NCBI GenBank assembly: GCA_011523785.1
Contig: WTFW01000063.1
Coordinates: forward strand, 1,615-65,614
Direction of reading: 5' to 3'
Origin: Chloroflexota bacterium
Lineage (GTDB): Bacteria; Chloroflexota; UBA11872
DNA: 64,000 nucleotides
Shown here: positions 62,002-64,000 of the stretch, piece by piece
Layout: the number at the start of each line of letters is the position of its first letter
Numbering within the stretch: the stretch's first letter is position 1
Translations under genes and position numbers: made by a program
The notes under the pieces: model-generated
The model's input: the letters and a program-made list of their open reading frames with translations, nothing else
Told to the model about the DNA's origin: nothing
The model's database searches: none

Positions 62002-62889
62002 CTAGCGCTCCGTAGAGCCCTCGTAATAGACCCAGCGCCGCGCAACACCAAATTGCAGGATGGTGAACACCAGGATGATCACAAACAGCACCCAGGCAAT
62101 AGCCGAGGCGTAGCCCATCTGGAAATACTCGAACCCCGTGCGATAGAGATGCAGCAGGATGAATAGCGTTGAATCTCGAGGTCCGCCATTCGTCACGATC
62201 AGCGCCTGCGTGAATACCTGCCAGGATCCGATGATCTGTAGCACGGCCGTAAGAAATATCGCGGGCGTCATCATCGGTACGGTCACGTGCCACATCTTGC
62301 GAATCACGCCGGCCCCGTCCACGCTGGCGGCTTCATAGAGGTGCTGCGGGATGCCTTGCAGCGCTGCCAGGTAGATGATCATTGTCGTGCCCAGTCCCCA
62401 GAAGCTCATGAGAATCAGGGCGGGCATGGCCCAGGTGGAGCTGGTCAGCCAGTTGGGGCCATCGATCCCAACCAGTCCCAGGAACTGGTTCACCAGGCCA
62501 TTGGGCTGGAGGAGCAAGATCCACAGGTATGCCGTGGCCACGCCGGCCGTTACGGACGGCAGATAGAAGGCCGTCCGATAGATTGGTTGTCCCTTGACCT
62601 TCTGATTTAACAAGATGGCTACAAAGAAAGCCATAATCATGATTCCAGGTACATGTACAGCGGTGTAATACAGGGTGTTAATTACGCTTCGAATGAACTT
62701 GGCGTCGTCTGTAAAGAGCCTCACGTAATTATTCAAGCCAACCCACTCCGGCAACCCAATGAACCGGTAGTTGGTGAAGCTCAGATAAATCGATGCAATG
62801 AACGGACCCAGCGTGAACCATAGAAACGTAATCAGCCACGGCGTAACAAAGAGCAATCCGCTCCACCGTTGCCATCGTGTTGTGCGCAA
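62002..62889 (-). CDS. Carbohydrate ABC transporter permease, MalF/UgpA-type
   Basis: The N-terminal motif LFVTPWLITFLWFTLGPFIASIYLSFTNY and the EAA loop (YEAASVDGAGVIRKMWHVTVP) are present. The start is TTG. The local GC content is strikingly low. Confidence 0.8.
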   Translation of the reverse strand: MRTTRWQRWSGLLFVTPWLITFLWFTLGPFIASIYLSFTNYRFIGLPEWVGLNNYVRLFTDDAKFIRSVINTLYYTAVHVPGIMIMAFFVAILLNQKVKGQPIYRTAFYLPSVTAGVATAYLWILLLQPNGLVNQFLGLVGIDGPNWLTSSTWAMPALILMSFWGLGTTMIIYLAALQGIPQHLYEAASVDGAGVIRKMWHVTVPMMTPAIFLTAVLQIIGSWQVFTQALIVTNGGPRDSTLFILLHLYRTGFEYFQMGYASAIAWVLFVIILVFTILQFGVARRWVYYEGSTER

Positions 62890-62910
62890 AGTTGCCTCAG
62901 TTCATAGGTG

Positions 62911-62943
62911 GCCGGGCGGGCGCCGGTTGGCGGCGCCCGCCCG
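62911..62943 (-). terminator. Perfect GC-rich hairpin (13-bp stem, 7-nt loop) between the SBP gene and the first permease gene; an intra-operon attenuator or stabiliser
   Basis: The sequence is CCGGGCGGGCGCC-GGTTGGC-GGCGCCCGCCCGG, immediately downstream of the SBP stop. Confidence 0.6.
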
Positions 62944-62987
62944 GCACGTCCACGTCATTCAATCGCTTGAACGAGCGTGAAGCGTTC

Positions 62988-64000
62988 CTATTGCAGCGTT
63001 GCCAGGTGCTTGTCGCACGCGGCCTGCGCGTTCAGCAGGGCTTCGCGGGCCGGAATCTCGCCGACGATCGCGGGCTGCGTTTCGTCGTGCAGGATGTTCC
63101 ACCACTGCGCCCAGCCGCTGAAGAACATGAGGCCGTAGGCGTCCGGGCTCAGGAAGTGGTCCCGGATCAGGTTCATGCTGCGCGGCATTCCCGGCTGGAA
63201 GCCGAGGTACCGGTCGCTGTTGATCACGGCGCGGTGCATCGGAATCGCTCCGCGCCCGTCGGCGACCAGACCCTGGAAGTACTCACCCGCGATGAACGAC
63301 GTGAGGATCACCGAGGCCTCGACCGTGCCGTGCTCAAGCGCCTTGACCGTGATGAAGTGACCCAGCTCGTTGGTGGAGTAGGCGACCTCACCGGTCGGCG
63401 ACCGCGGCGACGGCATGTTGTCCCACTCGAATCGGCCGCCCACGCGTAGCTTGCGGCCGCCGGGGCCGTGAATGCCGCCGGGCTCCATGCCGATCTTGCC
63501 GGTTGCGAATGGCGCCGTGATGCCCTCGGTCAGCAGCTGCGACAGCTCGCCGAGCGGGACGCCTACGCCCTCTTCGTACGTGGCGTTCACGTACCACTCG
63601 AACGCCTCGAGTCCGCCCTCGGTGGCGAAACCGGAGGCCGGTGCCGGGCGGGTTCGCTCCGTGAAGAGCCAGCCGCCATTGGCGCTGATCAGCGGCAGCC
63701 AGCGAAACTCGCCGCCGGTGCCGTGGTGCAGACCGTACTCATTGGTGTCGGCGTTGGTGAGCTGCCGGGCTGCCTCCAACTGCGAATCCCAGGTCCAGTC
63801 GGCTGTCGGAGCTTCCACGCCGTCGGCATCGAACTTGTCGATGTTGTAGACGTAGCCGTTGACGGCCGACATGAACGGCATGCCGTACAGCACGCCATCG
63901 ATGTCCAGGTTCTGAAGGCTCGGGTCGGCCGGGTTCTCGCGCGACAGAATCAGGTAGTCGTCAAGGTCGATGCCGGCCTTGTCGACGTGGTCCTGGAGCT
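62988..64000 (-). CDS. Extracellular solute-binding protein (family 1, sugar ABC transporter), 5'-truncated at the window edge
   Basis: The reading frame stays open to base 64000 on the minus strand. The C-terminal sequence …FSGWAQWWNILHDE…AACDKHLATLQ is typical of a sugar-binding protein. Confidence 0.75.
   Translation of the reverse strand, partial: LQDHVDKAGIDLDDYLILSRENPADPSLQNLDIDGVLYGMPFMSAVNGYVYNIDKFDADGVEAPTADWTWDSQLEAARQLTNADTNEYGLHHGTGGEFRWLPLISANGGWLFTERTRPAPASGFATEGGLEAFEWYVNATYEEGVGVPLGELSQLLTEGITAPFATGKIGMEPGGIHGPGGRKLRVGGRFEWDNMPSPRSPTGEVAYSTNELGHFITVKALEHGTVEASVILTSFIAGEYFQGLVADGRGAIPMHRAVINSDRYLGFQPGMPRSMNLIRDHFLSPDAYGLMFFSGWAQWWNILHDETQPAIVGEIPAREALLNAQAACDKHLATLQ

Overview
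This is a high-GC (roughly 65-70%) bacterial chromosomal window. The gene order suggests a Chloroflexota-like lineage, but that is low-confidence inference. Protein family names below are assigned from my own recognition of the translated sequences; no database search was possible.

About half the window (14.6-43.8 kb) is one uninterrupted plus-strand block of core transcription and translation genes: rpoB, rpoC, rpsL, rpsG, fusA, tuf, then the fused S10/spc/alpha ribosomal operons through secY, adk, map, infA, rpmJ, rpoA, truA, rplM and rpsI. rpmJ is too short to appear in the ORF track.

The first 11 kb is an accessory cell-envelope glycan locus on the plus strand. It holds a partial GT2, a small hypothetical protein, a Wzy/O-antigen-ligase-like membrane protein, two GT1 and two GT2 glycosyltransferases and a WbaP-type priming sugar transferase. 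Six of these genes are chained by 4-nt ATGA/GTGA start/stop overlaps. A 924-aa lipoprotein with two NHL beta-propellers follows directly.

Next come grpE, dnaJ, prmA and a HIT gene, also linked by 4-nt overlaps. A 455-bp non-coding region sits upstream of rpoB.

Downstream of rpsI lies a minus-strand housekeeping operon: a DmpA-like peptidase, a DUF62 SAM hydroxide adenosyltransferase, an M50 protease, an HD protein, scpA and scpB. Then come an M28 peptidase, a MazG fusion protein, and gcvH-gcvPA-gcvPB. The window ends with a probable deoxy-sugar or sugar-acid catabolic cluster (FAH hydrolase, enolase-superfamily dehydratase, Zn-ADH, Gfo/Idh/MocA oxidoreductase, DegT aminotransferase) and an AT-shifted sugar ABC transporter with two tandem MalG-type permeases.

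I found no CRISPR array, tRNA, rRNA or obvious mobile element. Many long ORFs in the track are antisense or alternate-frame shadows typical of high-GC DNA; these are listed under rejected.
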